Assembly (NCBI GenBank): GCA_963843845.1
Contig: CAWJMB010000002.1
Coordinates: 1,504,001 to 1,568,000, forward strand
Length of the DNA: 64,000 nt
Direction: 5' to 3'
DNA from: an uncultured Gemmatimonadaceae bacterium
GTDB lineage: Bacteria; Gemmatimonadota; Gemmatimonadetes; Gemmatimonadales; Gemmatimonadaceae
Shown here: positions 1-19,464 of the stretch, in pieces
How the letters are laid out: each line of letters begins with the position of its first letter
How positions within the stretch are numbered: the first letter of the stretch is position 1
Made by a program: the position numbers and the translations under genes
Notes under the pieces: model-generated
What the model was told of the DNA's origin: nothing
The model's input: only the letters and a program-made list of their open reading frames with translations
The model's database searches: none

Positions 1-64
1 GCTCAGTCGGTAGAGCACACCCTTGGTAAGGGTGAGGTCACCGGTTCGATCCCGGTCGCGAGCT
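1..64 (+). tRNA. tRNA-Thr(GGT), 5' end outside the window
   Basis: D-arm GCTCAGTCGGTAGAGC, anticodon arm CACCC-TTGGTAA-GGGTG, T-arm ACCGG-TTCGATC-CCGGT, 3' acceptor strand CGCGAGC plus discriminator T; no encoded CCA. Confidence 0.95.
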
Positions 65-208
65 CTCGAGACGTCGTCGACGCGCCGCAGCTTCCCACGG
101 AGGCTCGCGGCGCGCTTGCGCATCCGAAACCAGTTGCGCACCGACGCTCGATCCCGGCCGCGTGTCTTGCGAGCGGCCGACCGTCACACCTGACCTGAGG
201 GCACCCGC

Positions 209-361
209 ATGCCTCGCGACAAGATCATCATGGGCTGCACCGAGTGTAAGAGCCGTAACTACTTCACGACGAAGAACAAGCGGCTCCACCCGGAGCGCGT
301 CGAGTGGAAGAAGTACTGCCCGCGGTGCAACAAGCATCGCGTCCACAAGGAAACGAAGTAA
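209..361 (+). CDS. rpmG: 50S ribosomal protein L33 (zinc-ribbon form)
   Basis: Own translation (not in ORF track): [50 protein letters not shown], two CxxC motifs. Confidence 0.97.
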   Translation: MPRDKIIMGCTECKSRNYFTTKNKRLHPERVEWKKYCPRCNKHRVHKETK

Positions 362-363
362 TC

Positions 364-600
364 ATGACGGCCCCCGTCGTTCCTCAGCCGCAGCGTCCGC
401 TCCCGGCGCGCGTCGTCGCGTTCTACCACGACGTGCTCGCCGAGATGAAGAAGGTGACCTGGCCGGACCGTCCGCAGCTTCAGGACGCGACGATCAAGAT
501 CATCGTGTTCGTGCTGTTCCTCGGCGCGCTCATCGCGCTCATGGACATCGGGCTGCAGGCGATCCTGGTGAAGCTGCCGGCGCTCCTGCTCGGCCGCTGA
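364..600 (+). CDS. secE: Preprotein translocase subunit SecE
   Basis: EMKKVTWP motif followed by one TM helix; lies between rpmG and nusG. Confidence 0.95.
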   Translation: MTAPVVPQPQRPLPARVVAFYHDVLAEMKKVTWPDRPQLQDATIKIIVFVLFLGALIALMDIGLQAILVKLPALLLGR

Positions 601-611
601 GGACGACGACC

Positions 612-1151
612 GTGGAACATCGCTGGTACGCGATCCAGACGACCTCCGGGCACGAGAACAAGGTCCGCTCGCTGATCCAGCGGAAGATCGACGCCGATCC
701 GCAGGCCGCAGAAGAGCGAGCCATTCGGCAGGCCCTCGTTCCGACTCAGGAAGGGATCGAGATCAAGAACGGAAAGAAGGTCACCGTCGAGCGGAAGATC
801 TACCCGGGGTACGTGCTCGTGGAGATGTTGATGAATCAGGACACGATTCACACGATCAACGGCATTCAGGGCGTCATCAAGTTCGTCGGCCAGGAGAAGA
901 TGCCGATGCCCCTCCGCCCGGACGAGGTCAACCGCCTGCTCGGCATCAACGAGGCTGAGGCGGAGGCGCCGAAAGAGGAGATTCCATTCCTCATCGGTCA
1001 GGCAGTCGCGATCACCGAGGGGCCGTTCACGGATTTCAACGGCACGGTCGAGGAGATCATGGCGGACAAGGGGAAGGTGCGCGTCAGCGTCTCCCTCTTC
1101 GGTCGCCCGACGTCGGTCGAGCTGGACTACCTGCAGCTCAAGGCGTACTGA
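612..1151 (+). CDS. nusG: Transcription termination/antitermination factor NusG
   Basis: GTG start; WYAIQTTSGHENKV, YPGYVLVEM, KOW motif GPFTDFNG, FGRPTSVEL. Confidence 0.96.
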   Translation: MEHRWYAIQTTSGHENKVRSLIQRKIDADPQAAEERAIRQALVPTQEGIEIKNGKKVTVERKIYPGYVLVEMLMNQDTIHTINGIQGVIKFVGQEKMPMPLRPDEVNRLLGINEAEAEAPKEEIPFLIGQAVAITEGPFTDFNGTVEEIMADKGKVRVSVSLFGRPTSVELDYLQLKAY

Positions 1152-1251
1152 GGGCTACAGCTTTCGCCCGGGTCGCGTTAAGTTGCTGGGCTGCCGAACT
1201 TTGCAGCCATTTTCGTACGACGTCGCACACCACGGCGACGCTAAACCTTCA

Positions 1252-1287
1252 GTGGGAGTGACGGACGTGCGACAGCGCGCCCACCAC
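1252..1287 (+). promoter_or_regulatory. Putative L1-binding autoregulatory leader of rplK-rplA
   Basis: GTGGGAG...ACCAC flanking an internal hairpin just before the AAGGAG SD; resembles the 23S rRNA L1-binding site. Confidence 0.5.
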
Positions 1288-1301
1288 GTCAAGGAGAGTT
1301 C

Positions 1302-1724
1302 ATGGCCAAAAAGGTAACCGGGTTCGTCAAGCTCCAGATCCCGGCCGGCAAGGCGACGCCTGCCCCGCCGGTCGGTACGGCGCTCGGCCCGCAGGGGATC
1401 AACATCATGGGCTTCGTCAAAGAGTTCAACGCTCGGACGCAAGGTCAGGATACGATCCTCCCGGTCGAGGTCACGATCTACGCGGACAAGTCGTTCACGT
1501 TCATCCTGAAGACCCCGCCGACCGCGGAGCTGATCAAGAAGGAGATCGGGCTCACGAGCGGCTCGGGGCAGCCGAACAAGACCAAGGTCGGTCAGGTGAC
1601 GCAGGCGCAGCTCCGGAAGATCGCCGAGGTCAAGATGCCGGATCTCAACTGCGATAGCATCGAGAGCGCGATGGCCATGGTGGCCGGAGCGGCTCGCTCG
1701 ATGGGCGTCACGGTGGCGGACTGA
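1302..1724 (+). CDS. rplK: 50S ribosomal protein L11
   Basis: [27 protein letters not shown]. Confidence 0.99.
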   Translation: MAKKVTGFVKLQIPAGKATPAPPVGTALGPQGINIMGFVKEFNARTQGQDTILPVEVTIYADKSFTFILKTPPTAELIKKEIGLTSGSGQPNKTKVGQVTQAQLRKIAEVKMPDLNCDSIESAMAMVAGAARSMGVTVAD

Positions 1725-2413
1725 TGAAGACCCACGGAAAGAAGTTTCGCGCCGCGGCCGAGAAGGTGAACGCGGACACGAAGTATCAGGCGCGCCAGGC
1801 GATCGACCTCGTGAAGAGCAACGCCTTCGCGAAGTTCGACGAGACCGTCGAAGTCGCCGTGCGCCTCGGTGTCGATCCGCGCCACGCCGACCAGGTCGTG
1901 CGCGGCACGGTCGTGCTGCCGGCCGGCACGGGCAAGTCGGTGCGCATCCTCGTCATCGCGGTCGGTCCGAAGGTCGCCGAAGCGGAAGAGGCGGGTGCCG
2001 ATTTCGTCGGCGCAGAGTACATCCAGCGCATCAAGGACGGCTGGCTCGACTTCGACGTCATGGTCGCCACGCCGGACCAGATGGGTCAGGTCGGTCAGCT
2101 CGGACGCGTGCTCGGCCCTCGTGGTCTGATGCCGAATCCGAAGGCCGGTACAGTCACGTTCGACGTCGGCCGCGCGGTGCGCGAGCTCAAGGCCGGCAAG
2201 ATCGAGTTCCGCGTCGACAAGGGCGGCAACATCCACGCCCCGATCGGCAAGGTCTCGTTCGGCGCCGAGGCCCTCGAGACGAACTTCGCGGCGCTGATGG
2301 ATCAGCTCGTTCGGTCCAAGCCAGCCGCCTCGAAAGGCGTCTACGTGCAGAATGTCGCGATCTCGAGCTCCATGGGCCCGGGCGTCGGCATCGACACCAC
2401 GCCCTACCGTTAA
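1724..2413 (+). CDS. rplA: 50S ribosomal protein L1
   Basis: [37 protein letters not shown]. Confidence 0.99.
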   Translation: MKTHGKKFRAAAEKVNADTKYQARQAIDLVKSNAFAKFDETVEVAVRLGVDPRHADQVVRGTVVLPAGTGKSVRILVIAVGPKVAEAEEAGADFVGAEYIQRIKDGWLDFDVMVATPDQMGQVGQLGRVLGPRGLMPNPKAGTVTFDVGRAVRELKAGKIEFRVDKGGNIHAPIGKVSFGAEALETNFAALMDQLVRSKPAASKGVYVQNVAISSSMGPGVGIDTTPYR

Positions 2414-2428
2414 CCGGGAGCCGGCGCG

Positions 2429-2948
2429 ATGAAGCGTAACGAAAAGGAGCAGCTCGTCTCCGAGCTGAGCACGAAGATCAAGGGCGCGCAGGCGCTCTAC
2501 TACACGGACTTCACGGGGTTGAACGTGAAGCGGATGACCGACCTTCGCCGCCGCCTGCGCAAGGCGGGCGTCGAGTATGTCGTCATCAAGAACACGCTCG
2601 CGCTGCGGGCGGTGAACGACAGCGGCCTCGTCGGCGAGAAGCTGAAGGGGCCCACCGGCATCGTCGTCGCGCAGCGACGCGCTCGCCGGCGCGAAGGTCC
2701 TCACCGACTTCGCGAAGGAGAACGATCAGCGCCCCGCGGTCAAAGGCGGGATGTTCGACGGGAAGTCGATCGACGCCGAGCAGGTGAAGCGGCTCGCGAA
2801 CATGCCGTCGCGCGAACAGTTGCTGAGCGAGCTCGGTGCCGGGCTCATGGCGCCGCTGGCGAGCTTCGCTGGTGCGCTGAACGGCATGATGTACCAGATG
2901 GTCGGTGCGCTCGAAGCCCTTCGGGCGCAAAAGGAAGGCGCGCAGTAA
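2429..2948 (+). CDS. rplJ: 50S ribosomal protein L10 (apparent frameshift near 2675)
   Basis: N-terminal half in ORF 2429 (VIKNTLALRA, LKGPT), C-terminal half in the ORF 2751 frame (LANMPSREQLL). Confidence 0.95.
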
Positions 2949-3022
2949 ATCCAGGCGGTTAGCCTGTTCAACCTGCCCCAGCGGTCACGAACCGCCTGGG
3001 TTTTCTCCGGAGAACTAGCATC

Positions 3023-3412
3023 ATGGCGACGATGAGCAACGACGAGATTCTGGACGCGATCGGCAACAAGACGGTCTTCGAGCTGGCGGACCTGATCGAG
3101 TCGTTCAAGAGCAAGTTCAACGTCACGATCGCGGCGGCCCCGGTCGGCGGCGCTGCCCCGGCGGGCGGCGGCGCTGCCCCGGCCGCGGCGGTCGAAGAGC
3201 AGACCGAGTTCGACGTCGTGCTGCGTGACGCGGGCGCGAAGAAGATTCAGGTCATCAAGGTCGTTCGCGAGATCACGGGCCTCGGCCTGAAGGAAGCGAA
3301 GGACATGGTCGACGGCGCGCCGCAGACGGTGAAGTCGGGCGTGTCGAAGGACGAGGCTGCCAGCCTCAAGGCGAAGCTCGAAGAGCAGGGCGCTGGCGTC
3401 GATGTGAAGTAG
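3023..3412 (+). CDS. rplL: 50S ribosomal protein L7/L12
   Basis: [31 protein letters not shown]. Confidence 0.99.
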   Translation: MATMSNDEILDAIGNKTVFELADLIESFKSKFNVTIAAAPVGGAAPAGGGAAPAAAVEEQTEFDVVLRDAGAKKIQVIKVVREITGLGLKEAKDMVDGAPQTVKSGVSKDEAASLKAKLEEQGAGVDVK

Positions 3413-3417
3413 CGGCT

Positions 3418-3486
3418 CTCGGGACTCGGGACTCGAGTCGTCGGGTATCGATCCGACCACCGAGCTCCGAACGTCCCGAGTCCCGG
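3418..3486. repeat. Heptamer (GGGACTC) inverted tandem-repeat hairpin after rplL
   Basis: CTCGGGACTCGGGACTCGAG ... GTCCCGAGTCCCGG. Confidence 0.7.
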
Positions 3487-3550
3487 TACTATCACATCGG
3501 CGCCATGCTGATTAGAGTTCGCCGCACAATTCACTAGCAGGTTCGTCGCT

Positions 3551-3602
3551 CCGCCCCGCAGCCGCGCTCAAAACGCTGGCCGCCGGGGTCGGGGCTCTTT
3601 TC
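3551..3602 (+). terminator. Possible attenuator hairpin with U-tract in the rplL-rpoB intergenic region
   Basis: CCG-CCCCG...CGGGG-TCGG pairing followed by CTCTTTT. Confidence 0.35.
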
Positions 3603-3633
3603 GCCTGCCGCCAGGGTACCCCGCGGGTGAGAC

Positions 3634-8325
<4,692 letters not shown>

Positions 8326-8328
8326 CTC

Positions 8329-12645
<4,317 letters not shown>

Positions 12646-12672
12646 TCGATCGCCGGTCGGCTCACCGTGAGG

Positions 12673-12709
12673 GACCGGGGGGAGCGTGCGCTGCACGCTC
12701 CCCCCGGTC
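12673..12709 (+). terminator. Strong hairpin after rpoC
   Basis: 17-bp perfect stem GACCGGGGGGAGCGTGC / GCACGCTCCCCCCGGTC; no clear U-tract. Confidence 0.7.
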
Positions 12710-12868
12710 GCGCTTCACCGCCGTGACATATGTAGTGATCGTGCAACAGTTTGCGTGGCGTCGTCCGAAGTAGGTAAGTTGTCATCCCGGATGAACGGAT
12801 GTGAGGCATGTCTCCAGGCGGTGGGTAGTGGGGAGCGTGCCACTCGGTCGGTGCAGCACCAGGACGTG

Positions 12869-12885
12869 CAGGCAAAGGTTTTGCT
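12869..12885 (+). promoter_or_regulatory. sigma54 (-24/-12) promoter upstream of PEP-CTERM gene 1
   Basis: CAGGCAAAGGTTTTGCT: GG at 12871-72, exactly 10 nt, then GC at 12883-84, with TTGCT. Confidence 0.6.
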
Positions 12886-13071
12886 TGCGTTTCGCGGCCG
12901 ACACACCTACAATGGGGGCGCTCTCGTAACGACCTGAGCGGGGCGTTGCGTAACAGTCTGCACGTGCCGAGAGGTGCGTGGAGGAAGGGCGCGAAAGGCG
13001 GAGCGGTGCACGGGACCGACTCCGCGTTCGGGGAGGAAGAGGCAGCTTCATCACCAACAGGGGGAGGGACA

Positions 13072-13758
13072 ATGAAGTTCACCACGAAGGCTCTCGGGGC
13101 GCTGGTTGCAGCGGCCGCGGTTGCCGGTCAGGCAGGGGCGCAGGTCGTCGTCGATTTCACGACGTCTGGCACGTTCTACATCGGTGGCGTCGCGCAGGGG
13201 TCGTCGGCGACGTTCGGGAACATCATCCTTTCGTACGCGGCGCCGGCGGTTGGCGTCGTGACGACGCCGTCGAACACGAGCCTTGGCGAGATCACGGCGG
13301 CGTGCGTCGGGGGCGGTACGGCGTGCGGGCTGTCGTCGCTTCCGGCGGCGGGTCTGACGCTGCAGGTCGCGGTCACGCAGACGCTGCCGTTCGGCTCGAT
13401 GGCGACGGTGCTGCCGACGCTGACGTTCGGCTCGGTCGGTTTCGGTGGCGTCTTCACGCCGGGCACTGGCGCGATCGGTGGCACGCAGAGCACGGTGACG
13501 GCGAACACGTCGACCACGCCGATCATCTTCTCCAATACGAACGCTTCGGGTACGACGCAGACGTCGTATGCGTTCAGCAACACCAACTACGACATCGTTC
13601 CGCCCTCGACGAACGGTGGCGTGACGTCGCTGCAGGGCCGTGTGGCAGCGCAGTTCACGCCGGCGTCGACGGTTCCGGAGCCTGCGAGCGTTGCGCTCAT
13701 GGCGACGGGGCTCGTGGCGATGGGCGGTTTCGGCCTCCGCCGTCGCCGCTCGGTCTGA
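13072..13758 (+). CDS. PEP-CTERM sorting domain surface protein 1 (Ser/Thr/Gly-rich)
   Basis: SD GGGAGG, signal peptide ending AGA-Q, C-terminal VPEP + TM + RRRR. Confidence 0.92.
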   Translation: MKFTTKALGALVAAAAVAGQAGAQVVVDFTTSGTFYIGGVAQGSSATFGNIILSYAAPAVGVVTTPSNTSLGEITAACVGGGTACGLSSLPAAGLTLQVAVTQTLPFGSMATVLPTLTFGSVGFGGVFTPGTGAIGGTQSTVTANTSTTPIIFSNTNASGTTQTSYAFSNTNYDIVPPSTNGGVTSLQGRVAAQFTPASTVPEPASVALMATGLVAMGGFGLRRRRSV

Positions 13759-13783
13759 TCGCTCGCTAGGTCCATGAACGTGG

Positions 13784-13820
13784 ACGGTGCCGCACGTCGA
13801 GCGACGTGCGGCACCGTTTC
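13784..13820 (+). terminator. Rho-independent terminator
   Basis: 15-bp stem ACGGTGCCGCACGTC / GACGTGCGGCACCGT then TTC. Confidence 0.7.
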
Positions 13821-14013
13821 GCGTTCCGCGCGTGCGGTATCTGGGAAGACCATGTGCCGCAACGGCATTTGCGTGATGCAGCCGACGCTCTGGCGCAAAT
13901 CGTGTATGGAGCGTATAGTGTGGCCGTAGAATCTGACACGTGACGTCACGGGTCGCGTGAGCACGAAGCCGTTTCCGTAGTAGAGCCTCACCCTCTTGCT
14001 GGATGGAGCGCAG

Positions 14014-14685
14014 ATGCGCGTATCTCGTCTCATGCTCGGCCTCGCCCTCGCCGCCGGTGTAACGGTCGCGAGCCGGGCCGATGCTCAGCTCAATGTGTCC
14101 TTCTCGACGTCGGGCATCTTCTACCTCTCAGGCGTGGCTCAGGGGTCGAGCTTCACCTTCGGTGGACTCTCGCTGACGTACAACGGCGTCACGACCAATG
14201 GGTTCGTGACGACGCCGACCAACACCAACCTCGGCGAGATCACGGCGGCGTGTGTCGGTGGCGGTGCTGCGTGCGCCACGGCATCGCTGCCGGCGGCGCT
14301 CACGCTGCAGATCGCGGTCGCGCAGACCGTTCCCTTCGCCAGCGGCCCGTCGCTGCTACCGACGCTGTCGTTCGGCCCGAGCTTCCTCGGAACGAGCGCT
14401 GGGTTGAGCGGCAATCAGAGCACCATCACCGGGACGACGACGACGACGCCGGTGCTGTTCATCGACCGGCCGACGACGACGGCGGTGTCGTATCAGTTCA
14501 GCAACACGACCTACGACATCGTCCCGCCGTCGACGAACGGTGGCGTGACGACGTTGCAGGGTCGTGTCGATGCCGACGTGAACTTCACGGGTCAGGTCGT
14601 GCCGGAGCCGTCGAGCATCGCGCTGATGGCTGGCGGACTGCTCAGCCTCGCTGGCGTCGCGGCACGCCGCCGTCGTCAGGTCTGA
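14014..14685 (+). CDS. PEP-CTERM sorting domain surface protein 2 (paralog of protein 1)
   Basis: Signal peptide ending ADA-Q; shares [12 protein letters not shown] and [13 protein letters not shown] with protein 1; [10 protein letters not shown]...RRRR. Confidence 0.92.
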   Translation: MRVSRLMLGLALAAGVTVASRADAQLNVSFSTSGIFYLSGVAQGSSFTFGGLSLTYNGVTTNGFVTTPTNTNLGEITAACVGGGAACATASLPAALTLQIAVAQTVPFASGPSLLPTLSFGPSFLGTSAGLSGNQSTITGTTTTTPVLFIDRPTTTAVSYQFSNTTYDIVPPSTNGGVTTLQGRVDADVNFTGQVVPEPSSIALMAGGLLSLAGVAARRRRQV

Positions 14686-14709
14686 TCGGCGGTCGCATCA
14701 CGCGCGCCT

Positions 14710-14752
14710 CGGCGCCGCTCGTCCTCGGGACGAGCGGCGCCGCTGTCGTTTC
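14710..14752 (+). terminator. Terminator hairpin after PEP-CTERM gene 2
   Basis: 15-bp stem CGGCGCCGCTCGTCC / GGACGAGCGGCGCCG followed by CTGTCGTTTC. Confidence 0.65.
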
Positions 14753-14789
14753 AGGGCCGGAGCCACGTATCTCCAAGCCTTGGATCGAC

Positions 14790-14818
14790 TTGACCCGCTT
14801 CCTCAGGCTGGCTATGTT
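14790..14818 (+). promoter_or_regulatory. sigma70-type promoter of rpsL-rpsG
   Basis: TTGACC - 17 nt - TATGTT. Confidence 0.65.
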
Positions 14819-14878
14819 GCCAGGTCTGAGGCGCCCAGGCTCTGGGCGCTAGAATCTGTTGTCGATCCATCGCATTTC

Positions 14879-15752
<874 letters not shown>

Positions 15753-15773
15753 GCGACGCGATCATCGATACAC

Positions 15774-15806
15774 GAAGGGGCGCCCGACTCGGGCGCCCCT
15801 TCTGTG
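15774..15806. terminator. Terminator between convergent rpsG and PEP-CTERM gene 3
   Basis: GAAGGGGCGCCCGA / TCGGGCGCCCCTTC inverted repeat. Confidence 0.75.
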
Positions 15807-15823
15807 TCTCCGGTGGTGCCGGC

Positions 15824-16666
15824 CTATCTGCGTCGGCGCCGCGCGACCGTGACGAGCACGACGAGCCCACCGCCGACGAGTGCAAGCGTGGCCGGCTCGG
15901 GAACGGCGGAGACGTTGACAGCGAGGACGAAATCGTTGAAGTCGCCGTCGCTGTAGTAGCGATTGTCCTCGAACCCGAGGAGGAACGAGCGATTGTTCGG
16001 CGACACACCCGCAGGCGACGTGAGACCGTTCACGTCCCACTGCGCCGGGGTCGGCTCTCTGCCGGACTGCGGGTCGAGGATGTTCGTCTGATCGCCGACC
16101 GGCCCGAGCCCGGGAAATACCAGACTGAACGCCGGGGACACCCGTCCGGCCTGATCGTATCGGCTCGTTGCACTCGCGCCGTATCCCGAGATGATCCAGA
16201 CGGGCTGCGTGACCGTCGGATTCGCGAAGTCGATCACTTCGTTCACGAGCAGGCCGAAGTAGAGCGAGCTCGACCCGACGAAGCTCCACGGCAGCATCAC
16301 CCACGGGTTCGACGTCGTGAGCTGACCGCTCACCGGCTTCGATCCGAGAAGGACGTTCGACGTCGCGAGCGGGTTCGACGGATCCGGGGCGCTCTCGAAC
16401 GCGTAGAGCGATCCGCTGAAATACGAGAGTCCGCCGAGTGGCGACGCGTACACCTGAATCGGGGACAGCGGGGCAAATCCGACGGCCGATCCGGACGGCG
16501 TGGCTTGCGCGGGCGTCGGCAGAATCAGGCAGACGCCGACGGCGGCATCCGCGGCGCTACACGCCTGGGCAGCCGTCTGGCGTGGAAGCGCGAGCGACAA
16601 GACGGCCATCGAGACCGGCGCGAGCGCGCGACGCATTGCCGAGATCGGGTGAGGCAGCATCGACAT
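15824..16666 (-). CDS. PEP-CTERM protein 3 with a DUF4114-like C-terminal domain (start uncertain: 16666, 16660 or 16636)
   Basis: Signal-like AVLSLALPRQTAA-Q; GFEDNRYYSDGDFNDFV motif; VPEPATLALVGGGLVVLVTVARRRRR. Confidence 0.88.
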   Translation of the reverse strand: MSMLPHPISAMRRALAPVSMAVLSLALPRQTAAQACSAADAAVGVCLILPTPAQATPSGSAVGFAPLSPIQVYASPLGGLSYFSGSLYAFESAPDPSNPLATSNVLLGSKPVSGQLTTSNPWVMLPWSFVGSSSLYFGLLVNEVIDFANPTVTQPVWIISGYGASATSRYDQAGRVSPAFSLVFPGLGPVGDQTNILDPQSGREPTPAQWDVNGLTSPAGVSPNNRSFLLGFEDNRYYSDGDFNDFVLAVNVSAVPEPATLALVGGGLVVLVTVARRRRR

Positions 16667-16727
16667 CTCTTCGGAAGGGGATGACGGGAGGACGCTGCTG
16701 ACGCGGCGGAATCCGCAGAGATGGTCG

Positions 16728-16744
16728 GGCAAGCCGGATGCCGA
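16728..16744 (-). promoter_or_regulatory. sigma54 (-24/-12) promoter upstream of PEP-CTERM gene 3
   Basis: Minus strand TCGGCATCCGGCTTGCC: GG-N10-GC with GGCA and TTGC. Confidence 0.55.
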
Positions 16745-16812
16745 CGGTGGCGGTCGACGAGACCGATGAGTGTCAGCCACGCATTTCCCTGAACATATCT
16801 TCCTGGTCTACG

Positions 16813-18618
16813 TCACGAAGCAGGACACAGGATCGCGACGCTGTCGGGCGCCGCGCGGCGGATGTTCGGCACGGTCACTTCGTCCAGGATCCGGTCGCGG
16901 GCGCCGACCACGCGTACGCGGAGCACGTGATGGCACCGCTGCGCCCCGGTGCCGCCGAGCACCGCCGTGGTGACGAACGTGCCATCCGCAGCGAGAAGCG
17001 CGTCGGACTGCCGGTACCAGCGGTTCGTGAGCACGTCGACAGTGACGCGCATTCCGTCTGTCGAGTTCTCGACGCGCCCGCGCACGGTCGCGCGCGGCTC
17101 TCGCCCGGCCGAGATGACCGTGCCGTTGGCGAGCGGCGTGTCGACGATCAGGCGAGCCGAGCCCGGGGGACGCGATACTGGTGGAGCGACGCGCTCGAAC
17201 ACCTGCGCGACTTCGCTCGTGGACGGCTGATCCGCCTGATGGCGGAGCACGTAGCGGCCGCCGAGCCGTGGATCGACCGCACGACGGAGAGCGAGTGCAG
17301 CCGGCGCCGCGTTCCCGTCGAACACGAGGTAATCGAAGTAGCCGTCGGCGACTGCCGCCGCGTACGCGTCGTCGCCTCGGAGCCCGCGGTACTGAAACCA
17401 GTACAGGTCGGTCATCGCGTCCTGCGGAATCACATCGCTCAAGGCGTACCGGAGCGCGGCGTCGTCGATGAGCAGGCGCTGGCCACGGAACAGTCGCGGC
17501 TCGAGATAGTCCGCGACGCCCTGCGTATTCGGCCAGCGAAACGGAAGCCCACGGGCGTCGCGAACGAGTCCCTGCTGACCGAGCAGGTGGACGGTGAACG
17601 CGAGCACGGCGGTGAGGAGCGCCACGAGGCGATCGTCGTCGCGCACGACACGTCGCATCGTACGCAGCGCGCCCGACGCGGCGAGTGGAAACAGCACGAT
17701 CATCGGGTACGCCGCGTGCTTCCACGTGTGATAATCGAGGCGCCGCGCGACGTGTGCTGCGGCGAACGATCCGGCGATCGCGACCGCGACCACAGCGAGC
17801 CGTCGTGATCTCGCCCCGCCGCGCGCGGCCTCGACCGCTGCGAACGCGCCCACGACCCACAGGTCTAGGCGCTCCGTGACGTAAATGCGCACGAGCGCAT
17901 CCGGGGGCGCGCGAAAGGCGTCGAACGACTGCACGAAGGCGAGCAGGGCGAGCAGCGTGTCCCTGTAGATGATTGCGTAGAGCAGCACCAGCGCCGAGAG
18001 CGCCGCAGCGAACGCGACGCCTCGCCAGCGGCCGGCGATCATCGACGCGACGCAGATCGCCGGGAGCATCGACGCGAGCGGATGCTTCACGGTGAAGAAC
18101 GCGAAGCACGCGACAGCGGCGCAGCACCACAGCGCGGTCACGCCAGTCTGCCAGCTCCGGACGAGCAGTAGCAGCGCGAGTACGACGAGTGGAACGGCCG
18201 CTGCGTCGTGCGTCGCGATCCTCGCCGTCAGAATCGTCGGCATCGAGGCGGCGAAGAGCGCCGCGGCGACGAGGCCGGCCGCGGTGCCGAACAGGCGCCT
18301 GCCTAACGCGAACGTCGCGTACGTCGCCGCGGTGCCCAGCGCCCCGGCGAGGATGCGTACCGCCGCCAATCCTCCGACGCGATCGGCGAGTGCCGACGCC
18401 ACGGGCCAGAGATACCAGCCGAACGCGGTCCGCATGTAAATGTCCACGTCCGCCGCGCGGGCGAGCACACTGCGGCCCATCAGGATCATGAAGCTCTCGT
18501 CCTCGAACGCCGTGTTGAACGCCGGCGTGCCGGCACGCAGCCAGAATGCGGCGACGAGGATCGCGAGCAGACAGGCGTTGGCGACGGTCGATTCCTTCCG
18601 CTGGTGCGACGTCGTCAT
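16813..18618 (-). CDS. GT-C fold membrane glycosyltransferase (PMT_2/ArnT/GT39-like) with an extra C-terminal soluble domain
   Basis: FEDE acidic motif after the first TM, many hydrophobic helices, ARIATHD, GYFDYLVF. Confidence 0.8.
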   Translation of the reverse strand: MTTSHQRKESTVANACLLAILVAAFWLRAGTPAFNTAFEDESFMILMGRSVLARAADVDIYMRTAFGWYLWPVASALADRVGGLAAVRILAGALGTAATYATFALGRRLFGTAAGLVAAALFAASMPTILTARIATHDAAAVPLVVLALLLLVRSWQTGVTALWCCAAVACFAFFTVKHPLASMLPAICVASMIAGRWRGVAFAAALSALVLLYAIIYRDTLLALLAFVQSFDAFRAPPDALVRIYVTERLDLWVVGAFAAVEAARGGARSRRLAVVAVAIAGSFAAAHVARRLDYHTWKHAAYPMIVLFPLAASGALRTMRRVVRDDDRLVALLTAVLAFTVHLLGQQGLVRDARGLPFRWPNTQGVADYLEPRLFRGQRLLIDDAALRYALSDVIPQDAMTDLYWFQYRGLRGDDAYAAAVADGYFDYLVFDGNAAPAALALRRAVDPRLGGRYVLRHQADQPSTSEVAQVFERVAPPVSRPPGSARLIVDTPLANGTVISAGREPRATVRGRVENSTDGMRVTVDVLTNRWYRQSDALLAADGTFVTTAVLGGTGAQRCHHVLRVRVVGARDRILDEVTVPNIRRAAPDSVAILCPAS

Positions 18619-19301
18619 GGCGCGACGCCTTCGGGCCGGACCGCGACGAGCAGCTCGTGGGCGTAGACGAGGCGCCGCGTATTCTCACGCGCGACGATCG
18701 TGAATCCGGCGTCGTGTAGCGCCGCCGCGACGTCGCCGATCGGGACGTAGTGAATCCACTGGCGCGATAGGATGAGGTCGTGCGCGCGGTTGGCGATCGC
18801 CGCGATCAGCGGGCGCCGCGCCATGTCCTTGTAGATCAGGCGACCACCCGGCGCGACACACGCCGCCGCGCGGCGGACGAGCGCGATCTGGTTCTCCGGG
18901 CGCACGTGATGCAAGACGTCGACGAGAGTCACGACGTCGAACCCTCTCGCCGGGAGCGCGCCGCCCGACGGCACGGACTCGAACGCGATCGCCGCGGCGC
19001 CCTGGGGCACGATCGTGGCGAGCCGACGCGCCATGCGCCGTGCACAGCCGACGGCAGTCTCCGATGGATCGAGGCCGAGCCCGGAGGCGATCGCACGTCG
19101 GGCGGCGAGGAGGCCGAGCAGCAAGCCGCTGCCGCACCCCACATCGAGGAGCGACGCACCGCTCGGCACGTGTGCGATGATGCGCTCGAACGGAGCGATG
19201 TGGGTCCTCCATCGCGCGAGCCGGGCTCGGAACGAGCCATCGCCGTGATACAACGATTCGGCGACGGCCGATAGCGAGGCGGGTGTCGCGTCAGGGTACA
19301 T
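18615..19301 (-). CDS. Class I SAM-dependent methyltransferase
   Basis: LLDVGCGSG motif I, FDVVTLVDVLHHV, PGGRLIYKD; ATGA overlap with the downstream GT-C gene. Confidence 0.88.
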   Translation of the reverse strand: MYPDATPASLSAVAESLYHGDGSFRARLARWRTHIAPFERIIAHVPSGASLLDVGCGSGLLLGLLAARRAIASGLGLDPSETAVGCARRMARRLATIVPQGAAAIAFESVPSGGALPARGFDVVTLVDVLHHVRPENQIALVRRAAACVAPGGRLIYKDMARRPLIAAIANRAHDLILSRQWIHYVPIGDVAAALHDAGFTIVARENTRRLVYAHELLVAVRPEGVAP

Positions 19302-19464
19302 GACGAGGAAGCGGTGGCAAACCGGGGGAGCGACGGCCAGTCCGACGTTGCCCGCATGCGGGAACGCTCCCAATGTACGGGTGCCGCGACATGGGCCGTG
19401 ATCCTGATCGGCGACGACAATCCAGTCGGCGCGGCGATCGCCCGTCGCGTTCCTCTTCTTCACC

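Noticed and set aside
13809..13824. sigma54 promoter for PEP-CTERM gene 2 (CGGCACCGTTTCGC)
   Set aside because: GG-GC spacing is 9 rather than 10, and the sequence is the 3' arm of a terminator hairpin
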